Source of the DNA: Verrucomicrobiota bacterium
Lineage (GTDB): Bacteria > Verrucomicrobiota > Verrucomicrobiia > Opitutales > Seribacteraceae
Length of the DNA stretch: 64,000 nt
NCBI GenBank assembly: GCA_028343845.1
Contig: JAOLZO010000004.1
Span: 1-64,000 of the forward strand
Direction of reading: 5' to 3'
Part shown: positions 17,868 through 27,164 of the stretch, in pieces
Numbering within the stretch: the stretch's first letter is position 1
How the letters are laid out: the number at the start of each line of letters is the position of its first letter
Translations under genes and position numbers: made by a program
Notes under the pieces: generated by a model
What the model was told of the DNA's origin: nothing
The model's database searches: none
What the model saw: only the letters and a program-made list of their open reading frames with translations

Positions 17868-20800
17868 ATGATTCAAAAAATCATCCGCACCCTTTTCCCT
17901 TTTGTTTTGCTCATCGCATTACTCTCGACCCTTCATGGCTCGCTCGAACTGAAAGAAGGAGACCGTATCACGCTCGTTGGAGCCGGCATGGGTTCCCGCA
18001 TGATCCACTACGGCCATTTTGAGACGGAATTGCACCTGAGGTTTCCTACCTTGAAACTGACCATCCGCAATCTATGCGATGAAGGCAATACACCCGGATT
18101 CAGACCACATCCCGGAAGAGGTCAAGAAGGACAATATGCCTTTCCCGGAGCCAAAGAGTTGATCAGTAAAAAACTACAGGCAAGCTCTGGCCCCAAAGGA
18201 CACTTCGAATCCCCCGACCAATGGCTCTCGCGTCTTGAGACAGACGTCGTCCTTGCCTTCTTCGGCTTCAACTCTTCCTTTGACGGTCGACGCGAATTGG
18301 GGCGTTTCAAGAAGGAACTCGATGCCTTTCTCAAGCATACGCTCGATCAGAAGTACAACGGGCGGAGCGCTCCAAGGCTTGCCCTTGTTTCCCCGACCGC
18401 TCTCCAACCGATGGCGGGCGTAACTTCCGGTTCCAGGCAAAATGCCAACCTCATCCTATACGTGGAGGCAATGCGTCAGGTTGCCAAGCAAAACAAGGTT
18501 TTGTTCGTCGACGCCTTCAGCCCCTCCAACAATTGGTACGCCGAGGGCAAGCCCCATACTGTGGATGGTGCCCTCCTCAATGACTTGGGCTACCGCAAAC
18601 TGGCGGGTTTTCTTGCCGACTCGCTTTTCCAGAAGGCAAAACCCGCATCGAAGTTTCGGAACGCCGTGCACAATGCCGTCATGGAAAAGAATTATTTTTG
18701 GCTCAATGATTTCAAGGTACCCAATGGCGTCCACGTATACGGTCGCCGTTACAACCCTTTTGGCCCAAAAAACTATCCCTACGAACTCAAGAAGACCCGT
18801 GAATATACCGTAATCCGAGACCGGGCTATCTGGGCCGCGGTCAAAGGCGAGAAATTCGACCTCGCCAAGGAGGATGCCAAGACATCCAAGTTACCCGCCG
18901 TCCAGACCAACTACGTACCCAATAACAAGAATGGAAAGAACGGGTATCTCGATTACGTCCCCGGGCCTGAAGCGGAAGGGAAAATCAAAGTAGCCGATGG
19001 CTATAAAATCGAATTGTTCGCCGACGAGGAACGTTTTCCCGATTTGGCCAACCCTGTTCAAATGGCCTTCGACAACAAGGGTCGACTTTGGGTCTCGACC
19101 ATGGCGAGTTATCCGCACTATCGCATCGGCGACCCTCTCCCCAAGGACAAATTGATCATTTTCGAGGATACCGACAACGACGGAAAGGCGGACAAGCAGA
19201 TTAACTTTGCCGATGACCTGCACATCCCGATCGGATTCGAGATTTCGCACGACGGAGTCTACGTTTCCCAAAGCGGAAGCCTGATCCGCTTGCGCGACAC
19301 CGATGGGGACGATCGCTATGACGAGCGCGAAGTCATGCTTTCAGGCTTCGACGACCACGATACCCACCATGCCATCTCCGCTTTTTGCGCCGATCCTTCG
19401 GGAGCTTTCATCATGTGTGAGGGCGTTTTCCTCCATAGTAACGTCGAATCCGCATTCGGTCCGCAACGGGCAACCAACGGGGGCTTCTACCGTTACAGTC
19501 CGCAAAAAAAGACCATCATCCGATACTCCCAGTTTAGCATCCCCAACCCATGGGGGATCGCTTTTGACGACTACGGTCAAGACCTCTTCCTCCACACCTC
19601 GGGCACAAGCTTTTCCTGGATGCTCCCCGGCATGGTCAAGGCACGCTACGGGGCCAATATGAAGGCTCCCAGTATCTTGAAGTCCAACCAGGTCCGCCCG
19701 ACTTCCGGGGTGGAGTTCGTATCCAGCCGGCACTTCCCCGATGAGGTGCAGGGAGATGTTTTGATCAACAACAACATCGGGTTTCTTGGAATCAAACAGC
19801 ACCGTATGATCGACGAGGATCCAGGGTTCACGACTCAATACCGCCAAGACTTGCTTGTGTCCAAAGACTTGAATTTCCGACCGACCGACCTAGAATTCGC
19901 ACCGGATGGTTCGCTCTACGTAGTGGATTGGCAGAACGCCTTGATCGGTCATATGCAACACAGCGCCCGTGATCCCAACCGCGATCACGAGCACGGACGG
20001 ATCTACCGGATCACCTACCCTTCCCGACCCCTCGTCAAACCGGCCGAGATCGACGGAGCCTCCATACCTCAACTTCTTGAAAACCTCAAGCTTCCTGAAT
20101 ACCGCTCGCGCTACCGGACACGGCGCGAGCTCCGCGGGCGAGATTCGGAAGCAGTCGTCAAGGCGACCTTAAAATGGGTAAGCGAATTGCCCAAGGGAGC
20201 AAACGAAAGACTCAAACTAGAAGCACTTTGGGTTACTTGGGGTGCCCAAAAAACCGACTTTGGCCTCCTGAGCGAGCTACTCGAATCATCCGATCACCGG
20301 ATCCGGGCGGCCGCCGTCCGCGTACTGCGTTTTAACATGGACAGGAATCCTTTTTTTAGAAACAGCAAAAAAATGCTCTTGGATGCGGCAAAGGACAAGC
20401 ATGGCCGAGTACGAATGGAGGCAGTCGTAGCAGCCTCCTTCACGAACAAAAAAACCGGATCGGAAATCCTGACCGCCGCCGAGAGCAAGGAGATTCACAA
20501 ACAGTACAAAACAACCTACGAATACGCGAAGGGTGTCCTCGAAAATGCGCCCGCTCCCTCCGAAGCCGGCAAAGACAAGGTAAACGCCCCTAAGCATTTG
20601 GCGGAAAAAGACGCCAAGCTGTTCGTACAAGGAGCGGAGATTTTCAACCGTGAAGCGCATTGCGTAACCTGTCACCAAGAGAACGGAAAGGGACTGCCCG
20701 ATTCGGGCCTCCCTCCATTGGTAAAATCTTCTTGGGTAACCGGCGATCCCGACCGACTCATCAAACTCACGCTCAAGGGGTTGATGGGACCGATTGAAGT

Positions 20801-21020
20801 GAATGGGAGAAAATATCCAGGCCAAGTTCCGATGACTCCGTTCGAGCATTTGCTCAACGACGATGAAATCGCAGCCGTCCTGACTTACACCCGAAACGCT
20901 TTCGGAAACAAGGCTAGCGCGATTCAGCAAAGCGACGTGGCAAAAGTCCGCAAGGAAGTGAAGAGCTTTATCGGTTTGTACAAGCCCGAGGATTTGCTCA
21001 AGAAACATCCGATCAAATAA
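17868..21020 (+). CDS. PVC-type heme-binding CxxCH protein. It has an N-terminal SGNH-hydrolase-like region, a beta-propeller 'membrane-bound dehydrogenase' domain, HEAT-like repeats and a C-terminal cytochrome c domain.
   Basis: Signal peptide MIQKIIRTLFPFVLLIALLS; the propeller segment DNKGRLWVS...DGKADKQINFADDLHIPIGF...DGSLYVVDW; HCVTCH heme motif at 20658-20675. Confidence 0.8.
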   Translation: MIQKIIRTLFPFVLLIALLSTLHGSLELKEGDRITLVGAGMGSRMIHYGHFETELHLRFPTLKLTIRNLCDEGNTPGFRPHPGRGQEGQYAFPGAKELISKKLQASSGPKGHFESPDQWLSRLETDVVLAFFGFNSSFDGRRELGRFKKELDAFLKHTLDQKYNGRSAPRLALVSPTALQPMAGVTSGSRQNANLILYVEAMRQVAKQNKVLFVDAFSPSNNWYAEGKPHTVDGALLNDLGYRKLAGFLADSLFQKAKPASKFRNAVHNAVMEKNYFWLNDFKVPNGVHVYGRRYNPFGPKNYPYELKKTREYTVIRDRAIWAAVKGEKFDLAKEDAKTSKLPAVQTNYVPNNKNGKNGYLDYVPGPEAEGKIKVADGYKIELFADEERFPDLANPVQMAFDNKGRLWVSTMASYPHYRIGDPLPKDKLIIFEDTDNDGKADKQINFADDLHIPIGFEISHDGVYVSQSGSLIRLRDTDGDDRYDEREVMLSGFDDHDTHHAISAFCADPSGAFIMCEGVFLHSNVESAFGPQRATNGGFYRYSPQKKTIIRYSQFSIPNPWGIAFDDYGQDLFLHTSGTSFSWMLPGMVKARYGANMKAPSILKSNQVRPTSGVEFVSSRHFPDEVQGDVLINNNIGFLGIKQHRMIDEDPGFTTQYRQDLLVSKDLNFRPTDLEFAPDGSLYVVDWQNALIGHMQHSARDPNRDHEHGRIYRITYPSRPLVKPAEIDGASIPQLLENLKLPEYRSRYRTRRELRGRDSEAVVKATLKWVSELPKGANERLKLEALWVTWGAQKTDFGLLSELLESSDHRIRAAAVRVLRFNMDRNPFFRNSKKMLLDAAKDKHGRVRMEAVVAASFTNKKTGSEILTAAESKEIHKQYKTTYEYAKGVLENAPAPSEAGKDKVNAPKHLAEKDAKLFVQGAEIFNREAHCVTCHQENGKGLPDSGLPPLVKSSWVTGDPDRLIKLTLKGLMGPIEVNGRKYPGQVPMTPFEHLLNDDEIAAVLTYTRNAFGNKASAIQQSDVAKVRKEVKSFIGLYKPEDLLKKHPIK

Positions 21021-21108
21021 ATTTTTTCGACTAGGACGTAACCTTTGGGACGGACGAAGTGTATTGGGGTAAACGCACATCAAAGCAACCCATCAAACGA
21101 AAAACAAA

Positions 21109-22077
21109 TTGCATATGAAAACCCTTGCTTTCTCACTTGGCTTGATTGCTATTCCCTTCGCTTTTCTTTCAGCTTCGCCTCCGAACTTCAAGCAGGTCTC
21201 CAAGCAGGCCAATTGGGTCGCCCACATTGACTTCCAATCCATTCTCAAATCGAAGATCGGATCCCACATTTTTTCGGAGATCAAGAAAGATCCAAATGTT
21301 GCGCAACAGATCGCCGGGATTAAGGCTGCTTTGGGTATAGACATCGAAAACCTTGGGTCCGCGACCGCCTATGGTTCGGGCAAGGAAGATGAAGCGGTCA
21401 TCCTGGCCAAAGGCGGAATCAATTCTTCGCAAATCGAGGGATTCGCATCCTTGAACGAAAACATTCAGGTACAGGAAAGAGGAAATCAAACTCTATACTC
21501 CTTCAAGAAGGGCGCCTTTTGCAAGCTTGGCCCCGATTCCGTCATCATGGGGAGCAACATGAAATTGCTTGGTCATGGACTCGACGTCCTTTCAGGAAAG
21601 AGTCCTGCTCAATCCGAAAAAAGAATGACTTCCCTCCTTGCCGAGATGGTCGACCAACCAATGGCTTTGATGACCATGCATTTGACCAAGGTTATGACCG
21701 AGCAAGAGCGGAGTTTGTCAGTCCCGGAGGCCGCCCTCCTGAAAAAAACCGGCTTGATGGGTTTCGCTCTCGGGGAAAGCGGTCAATCCATGCGGATGGC
21801 AATGGTGATGCAGGCTGAAAACGAAGAAACAGCGGTGCATCTCGAAAACATCCTGCGCGGTGCCTCGAGTCTAATGGCCTTGGGAACCGATATTCAAATC
21901 CAACCGGAGCTCGACGAAATTCTGCCCAAGATGAAAAGCTCCGTTTCCCGCACTAAGAAAAACGTCGGCATGATGATCGAAGTCGAAACGGATCTCCTGC
22001 TCGAAAAGATCTCCGAAGAGATGCAAAGAAGAGCGGCCAAGCAGAGTATATCGAATCAAGATTCCCTGCCCCGGTAA
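21109..22077 (+). CDS. Hypothetical secreted protein. Its stop lies 17 bp upstream of the ECF sigma gene.
   Basis: Signal peptide MKTLAFSLGLIAIPFAFLSASP. I recognise no family. Confidence 0.5.
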   Translation: MHMKTLAFSLGLIAIPFAFLSASPPNFKQVSKQANWVAHIDFQSILKSKIGSHIFSEIKKDPNVAQQIAGIKAALGIDIENLGSATAYGSGKEDEAVILAKGGINSSQIEGFASLNENIQVQERGNQTLYSFKKGAFCKLGPDSVIMGSNMKLLGHGLDVLSGKSPAQSEKRMTSLLAEMVDQPMALMTMHLTKVMTEQERSLSVPEAALLKKTGLMGFALGESGQSMRMAMVMQAENEETAVHLENILRGASSLMALGTDIQIQPELDEILPKMKSSVSRTKKNVGMMIEVETDLLLEKISEEMQRRAAKQSISNQDSLPR

Positions 22078-22094
22078 ACAAATCTGCAACACCT

Positions 22095-22676
22095 TTGATT
22101 TCCACAATTACCAAGACTTCCTCAGCCCCCGCTTCCTCCGTCTCGGATGAAGATCTCGGCAAACTTGCCCGGTCAGGCCAAATCGAAGCCTTTGACGAGC
22201 TGGTCTGCAGGCATTGGCCGGGAATCCGCCGGTTCCTGCTCGGCTACCTTCCGAACGGATCGGCTGAGGACGTTGCTCAGGAGACTTTTCTGCGGGCGTA
22301 CCGGAAGATCGAGCAATATGATGGCAACCGACCGTTCCTCCCCTGGCTCTTCACCATTGCGCGACGCCTCGCTCTCAATGAAATCCGAAGCAAAAGCCGC
22401 AAGAAAGAAGTTTCCCTCCCAAGTCATCCGCCCGAAGAAACCCTTGACGAGAAACCGGCTTCCTTCGGTCCGCTCTGGCAATTGGCCAAGAAACGTCTGT
22501 CTGCCGACTCCTATGCCGTTTTGCGGCTTCATTATGCGGAAGACCTTTCCATTGAGGAAGTATCCAAGGTTGTGGGAAAAGGGAAAACCGCTACCAAAGT
22601 CATGCTTCACCGGGCCCGGCGGAAGCTTTCCAAATACTCTGACCAATTGAAAGACAACTATGAAAACCCTTCTTGA
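22095..22676 (+). CDS. RNA polymerase ECF-type sigma-70 factor.
   Basis: The region-2 sequence ETFLRAYRKIEQYDGNRPFLPWLFTIARRLALNEIR and the region-4 HTH LRLHYAEDLSIEEVSKVVGKGKTATKVMLHRARRKL. Confidence 0.85.
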   Translation: MISTITKTSSAPASSVSDEDLGKLARSGQIEAFDELVCRHWPGIRRFLLGYLPNGSAEDVAQETFLRAYRKIEQYDGNRPFLPWLFTIARRLALNEIRSKSRKKEVSLPSHPPEETLDEKPASFGPLWQLAKKRLSADSYAVLRLHYAEDLSIEEVSKVVGKGKTATKVMLHRARRKLSKYSDQLKDNYENPS

Positions 22677-23310
22677 AATTCTAGGAATCCGCTCCATGAG
22701 CGAAAAGGAAGAGAAGCTCTTGCAAGACCTTCGAGACGAAGCGCTCAAGGAAAAGGCCGGCGACGAGCTTTCCGAATCAAACGAAGAGGGAATTGGGGGC
22801 GTGCTCATTGCCCTGCGCGAAGAAAGAACCGAAGAGAGAAATTCTCCGACGAAAAGTGAAAAATCAGTCATGTCTCCAGCTTGGACGATTGGGTTCGCAT
22901 CTGTCATCTGCATTTTTTCATTCTCTTTTTTGATTAAAAACAACCCGCCTTCCACACCCATACCCCTGACTTCCTCAAGTCAAAACCAGAGCACACCCGA
23001 ATTCGCAAAAGAAGGATTCTTTTTGGATCCGTCCGCCCTTACGGACGCCTTGCCCCTGCCCTCGGACGATTGGGTTGAAAACCTAAACGCCGAGCAGCTT
23101 CATGCCTCCCTGCCGATCCGCTCAATCGCTACGATTTACGAGGAGTTGTCAACCCCCAGCACCCTCTCCGACTTTGAGTTCCCGGCCTTTTCGGATTCCA
23201 CCTTGATGCTCTATCAAGAAGAAGGACTTAAGATCAAAAGAGACCTGACCAACGGCTTGGGTTTTCTGCTCGAAGCTCTCCCTTCCTTCGACTTCCAAAT
23301 CGAGGGATAA
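22660..23310 (+). CDS. Putative membrane-anchored anti-sigma factor. The call is by position only.
   Basis: It overlaps the sigma gene by 17 bp and has a single TM helix (WTIGFASVICIFSFSFLI) after an acidic cytoplasmic N-terminus. There is no HxxxCxxC zinc motif. Confidence 0.45.
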   Translation: MKTLLEILGIRSMSEKEEKLLQDLRDEALKEKAGDELSESNEEGIGGVLIALREERTEERNSPTKSEKSVMSPAWTIGFASVICIFSFSFLIKNNPPSTPIPLTSSSQNQSTPEFAKEGFFLDPSALTDALPLPSDDWVENLNAEQLHASLPIRSIATIYEELSTPSTLSDFEFPAFSDSTLMLYQEEGLKIKRDLTNGLGFLLEALPSFDFQIEG

Positions 23311-23370
23311 TTCCGGATCGGCTTTGTCCGCCGTGAAATTTTCGTCTTCCTTTTTTGCCCGCGCAATGTT

Positions 23371-24042
23371 TTGCATAGGTTAGACATGACTGACCTTTCC
23401 GACTTCGATGCACCCAAAAGACCTTGGCTGGGGCTCCTCATTCCGGCCCTTGTCGTTTTGGCCTTTGCCGGATTCTATTGGTTCATAAGTTCCAACGGTG
23501 GGTCGCCTTACCTAGACAGCCCCTCCATCCAGACAACAGATGGAACGACGAGACAAGGACTTGTCAAAGGCCAGACCTACTACCTCTTTGCTTCGGAAAT
23601 CGAACTTTATCCGACTAACTTGGAGAACGATCCGTGGGATGGTGGAGAAAACGGACCTGACATCAGGTACCGGATTCTCTGGCAAGGGAACAAAGTGTTC
23701 GAAAGCGAGGAAAAGGACGATGCCCTGATCGCAGACTGGTCGGGGTTGTCATTGGATTTGGAATGGGGTGACCTGATGGGAAAGACAATTTCGCCGGACG
23801 AGGCGATCAAGGCGGCAAGAATCCGCTACGAGAAAGGAGGAGTGGTCGAGATCGTTGTCGAGGATGACGATTTGACGGACGACGATGATGCAGGCCGTGC
23901 AGAAATCGAGCTCGACGACCTCATGATCGGAAAAAACGAGATCAAACTTAAGAAGACTTCGATCAACGCGGTTCGCAGGATTAATTTGCGAGCCCTCCCC
24001 CATGGCTCCGCGCTGAAGGATTTGGTTGAGCTGATGAAGTGA
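23371..24042 (+). CDS. Hypothetical N-terminally membrane-anchored protein with an acidic C-terminal region.
   Basis: TM helix LGLLIPALVVLAFAGFYWFI. There is a possible C2-like beta-sandwich (DPWDGGENGPDIRYRILW), but this is weak. Confidence 0.45.
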   Translation: MHRLDMTDLSDFDAPKRPWLGLLIPALVVLAFAGFYWFISSNGGSPYLDSPSIQTTDGTTRQGLVKGQTYYLFASEIELYPTNLENDPWDGGENGPDIRYRILWQGNKVFESEEKDDALIADWSGLSLDLEWGDLMGKTISPDEAIKAARIRYEKGGVVEIVVEDDDLTDDDDAGRAEIELDDLMIGKNEIKLKKTSINAVRRINLRALPHGSALKDLVELMK

Positions 24043-24054
24043 CTTGATTGCGAC

Positions 24055-24549
24055 ATGTCAGGCCCCCGCATACTCATCCTGGCCTCTTGCGGTTTTTTGG
24101 GGATAGGCTTGCTTGCCCCAACCCTTACGATTGAACCGAGAGCAGGTCAGTTCACCTGGTTGGTCGAACTGTGGGACGAAGAAGCGACAAAGCCCGTCAC
24201 CTACTCGATATTCGGAGCGATTCGCGACCTCTACCTGATGAACAATTTCTTTCTCGCCCTTGTCCTCGGGCTCTTTTCGATCCTGTTCCCCATTTTCAAG
24301 CTTTCGCTTTACTGGTTGGTCACCGACCGCCATCCGAACTCCGGATCCGTTCGATCCCTTCTGAAATGGACGGACCGGTTAAGCAAATTCTCAATGGTCG
24401 AAGTCCTTTTTCTCGCCCTCCTGATTCTCACCGTAAAGACCTTGCCGGGAGGATCCGAAGCCAAGATCGAGTGGGGAGCCTATGCATTCGTGACCTCAGC
24501 CATAGGGGCAATGCTCGTTCCCTTGCTTGCGGAAAGACCGAAAAAGTAA
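24055..24549 (+). CDS. PqiA-like (paraquat-inducible protein A family) integral membrane protein.
   Basis: Hydrophobic helices with the motif LSKFSMVEVLFLALLIL, which resembles the PqiA M(L/V)DVF(V/L)xAL signature. 164 aa. Confidence 0.5.
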   Translation: MSGPRILILASCGFLGIGLLAPTLTIEPRAGQFTWLVELWDEEATKPVTYSIFGAIRDLYLMNNFFLALVLGLFSILFPIFKLSLYWLVTDRHPNSGSVRSLLKWTDRLSKFSMVEVLFLALLILTVKTLPGGSEAKIEWGAYAFVTSAIGAMLVPLLAERPKK

Positions 24550-24724
24550 AATCTTCAAGGGCATTCCAATCTTTTTCCTTTTTTATAATGGATGAGTCTC
24601 ATGCAATTAGGGTAACATAACGATATGAAAACTATTTGCTTTACTCATCAGGGTCTCGATCCTTATTCCTATACTCTCACCAAATTACTTTTTCCTCCAA
24701 TAGATTCCCCCCAAAAAACCACTA
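24550..24724 (+). promoter_or_regulatory. A 175 bp AT-rich intergenic region (~35% GC). It is the likely promoter region for the YqiJ-like/flotillin operon.
   Basis: The strongest local GC drop in an intergenic spacer. It contains runs such as ttttccttttttataatgg and tatactctcacc. Confidence 0.3.
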
Positions 24725-25318
24725 ATGATCGACTACTGGCTTCATTTGACACCTACGATGAAGATGTTTGTAGGAATAGGGACGGTTTCCAGTGCCGTTC
24801 TGACCCTGCAAATGGTCCTTGCGATGTTCGGAGGAGATATGGATGGATTGGAAACGGACGTGGACATTCCCGATGCAGGCGAAGGCGGAGCCTCCGGAAT
24901 CTTGTCCATTCGGACGATCGGGGCCTTTTTCACGGGCTTCGGTTGGTCGGGAGCGGCCATGCTACAAGCTGGTTACGGAACCGGCGCCGCAACTTTCGTT
25001 GGCATCGTGGTCGGTTCGATCTTCATGGCCTTGATCTTCTATTTGATGACCTACCTTCACAGTTTGCGTCAGGAAGGCACGATCAACTACGCAAATGCCG
25101 TTGGAAAAATCGGTTCGGTATACCTGCCAATTCCGCCTCATCGCAAAGGAATCGGCCAGGTCGAAGTCTTGGTCCAGGGCAGGTTGAAAATCGTTCAAGC
25201 CATTACGGACAACGACAAGAAGATCGGCAACCGCGTAGCCGTCCGGGTTACCGAACTCGTGGACACGCAAACCATTCTCGTAGAACCTCTTGAAAACGAA
25301 TCCCCGAAGGAATCGTAA
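24725..25318 (+). CDS. NfeD-like membrane protein (YqiJ-like), with a C-terminal OB-fold partner domain for flotillin.
   Basis: The N-terminal TM region and the C-terminal segment GQVEVLVQGRLKIVQAITDNDKKIGNRVAVRVTEL (an NfeD short-form OB fold). It lies immediately upstream of the flotillin gene, as in the E. coli yqiJ-yqiK pair. Confidence 0.55.
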   Translation: MIDYWLHLTPTMKMFVGIGTVSSAVLTLQMVLAMFGGDMDGLETDVDIPDAGEGGASGILSIRTIGAFFTGFGWSGAAMLQAGYGTGAATFVGIVVGSIFMALIFYLMTYLHSLRQEGTINYANAVGKIGSVYLPIPPHRKGIGQVEVLVQGRLKIVQAITDNDKKIGNRVAVRVTELVDTQTILVEPLENESPKES

Positions 25319-25371
25319 ATCAACTTTAACTCAACCACTTTTACCAACCTCTCACAAACCAAAGGCAAAAC

Positions 25372-26778
25372 ATGGACTTCATCGTAATATTAATCATCTC
25401 CCTGATCGTTGTAGGGCTCGGAACCGTATTCTTTTGGATTCAGCGCTATAAAAGGTGCCCCTCCGATAAGATTCTTGTCATATACGGTAAAACCCAAGGC
25501 GGACGGTCTTCCCGATGCGTGCATGGTGGGGCAGCCTTCGTTTGGCCTGTACTCCAAGACTTCCAATGGCTCGATCTGACCCCCATCCCCATCGACATTG
25601 AGCTGGTCGGCGCCCTTTCGAAACAGAACATCCGGGTCAGTACGCCTTCCACTTTCACCGTTGGTATTTCCACAGAACGCGGCGTCATGGAAAATGCAGC
25701 GGAGCGTTTGCTCGGGCTCAACATGAGCGCGATCCAAAACCAGGCCAGTGATATTATCTTCGGTCAAATGCGGGTTGTTATCGCGACCATGGATATTGAG
25801 GAAGTCAATGCCAACCGGGATCTGTTGATCGAGAAAATCACCAACGGGGTTGAGGTTGAGCTTAAGAAAGTCGGTCTCAAGTTGATCAACGTCAACATCA
25901 AGGACATTACCGATGAGTCCGGTTATATCGACGCACTGGGTAAAGAAGCATCCGCTCGAGCCATCAATGAGGCGAAGGTAAGTGTAGCCGAACGTGAAAG
26001 AGACGGCGAAATTGGCTCCGCTCAAGCCGAACGCGAACGGAGAATTGAAGTTTCCAGCGCCCAAGCAACTGCAACCGAAGGGGAAAACTTGGCTAAAATC
26101 AAGGTCGCTCAGTCCGATGCTCAACGCCGCGAACAAGAAGCGGAAGCCGAAAGACTTGCCGTTGCCGCGGAGAAGGTAAAATCAGCCGAAGCCTTTAAGG
26201 AAGCCTATGCAGCCGAAACCCAAGCTGAAAGAGCTCGGGCCGATCGCGAACAAGCCAGCCAGCACGCTAATATTGTGATTCCCGCTGAGATCGAGAAAAT
26301 GAAGATCGAAACCCTGGCCGAGGCGGACGCTGAAAAGATCCGTAGGCTCAAGAAGGGGGAAGCGGATGGTATCCAATCGTTGATGGAGGCGGAAGCGAAG
26401 GGAACCTTGGCCGCCCTGCAAAGCAAGGCGGAAGGTTTCGACCGGATCGTACAGGCCGCGGGAGGCGCAGATCTCGCAAGCACGCTCTTGGTAACCGAAC
26501 AACTTCCTCAATTGGTAGCGGAACAGGTAAAGGCCATCGCCAATCTCAAGATCGATTCGGTCACCGTCTGGGACTCTGGAAAAGGAGTAGGTGGAAAGAA
26601 CGATACCGCAAATTTCGTTTCAGGCCTGGTCGGCGCCCTTCCCCCGCTTCATCAAATCACGAAGAACGTCGGGATCGAGCTACCTGAATTCCTTGGCAAA
26701 TTGTCCGACAATCCAGCGGAGGCCGCTAGATTGCTTGAACAAGGTAAGAAGGCCGAAGAGGCTAAAAAAAAAGAGTAA
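25372..26778 (+). CDS. Flotillin-family SPFH/band-7 protein (YqiK-like).
   Basis: An N-terminal TM helix, then an SPFH core (KILVIYGKTQ...VVIATMDIEEVNANRDLLIEKI) and a long Ala/Glu-rich coiled-coil region. Confidence 0.85.
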   Translation: MDFIVILIISLIVVGLGTVFFWIQRYKRCPSDKILVIYGKTQGGRSSRCVHGGAAFVWPVLQDFQWLDLTPIPIDIELVGALSKQNIRVSTPSTFTVGISTERGVMENAAERLLGLNMSAIQNQASDIIFGQMRVVIATMDIEEVNANRDLLIEKITNGVEVELKKVGLKLINVNIKDITDESGYIDALGKEASARAINEAKVSVAERERDGEIGSAQAERERRIEVSSAQATATEGENLAKIKVAQSDAQRREQEAEAERLAVAAEKVKSAEAFKEAYAAETQAERARADREQASQHANIVIPAEIEKMKIETLAEADAEKIRRLKKGEADGIQSLMEAEAKGTLAALQSKAEGFDRIVQAAGGADLASTLLVTEQLPQLVAEQVKAIANLKIDSVTVWDSGKGVGGKNDTANFVSGLVGALPPLHQITKNVGIELPEFLGKLSDNPAEAARLLEQGKKAEEAKKKE

Positions 26779-26855
26779 CGCCTAAAGTCAGTCCGCCCTC
26801 GCAACCATCAGAGCCGACCGGGCAAGGTGGTGAAGACACCGATGCAGTCGAGGCC

Positions 26856-27146
26856 TTGATCAGGGAAAACCTCAACTCGATCAAAAGCTTTGACGAGAAC
26901 AAGGATAAACGCATTGACGAGTCCGAACTCAAAAACGCAACGGACGTAGCGAAGGAGTGGGCCAAGTTGGCCAAGCAGGGCAAGGACGGTTGGGTTTACT
27001 ACGGCAAGGAAGGCCAAGTCGGACCAAAAGACTGGCAGACAATCGAAGCCATTGCTCAAAAGCACCCCGGAGTGTTTATTTCTCGCACTAGCTCGAAATA
27101 TTGGTTGCCCGCAAAGATCGTTTCATTCGCGATCGAACAAGCCTAA
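26856..27146 (+). CDS. Possible small EF-hand calcium-binding protein. The start is uncertain.
   Basis: A canonical EF-hand loop DENKDKRIDESE. The tracked ORF begins at a TTG and the frame is open further upstream with no ATG, so the boundaries are unreliable. Confidence 0.3.
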   Translation: MIRENLNSIKSFDENKDKRIDESELKNATDVAKEWAKLAKQGKDGWVYYGKEGQVGPKDWQTIEAIAQKHPGVFISRTSSKYWLPAKIVSFAIEQA

Positions 27147-27164
27147 CTCTAGAGACAAAAAGAC

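Noticed and set aside
20286-21083. A 265-aa minus-strand ORF.
   Set aside because: It is antisense to the C-terminal HEAT/cytochrome region of the PVC heme-binding gene and has no recognisable domains or signals.
22173-22961. A 262-aa minus-strand ORF.
   Set aside because: It is antisense to the ECF sigma/anti-sigma genes, which have clear domain signatures on the plus strand.
25390-26136. A 248-aa minus-strand ORF.
   Set aside because: It is antisense to the flotillin gene.
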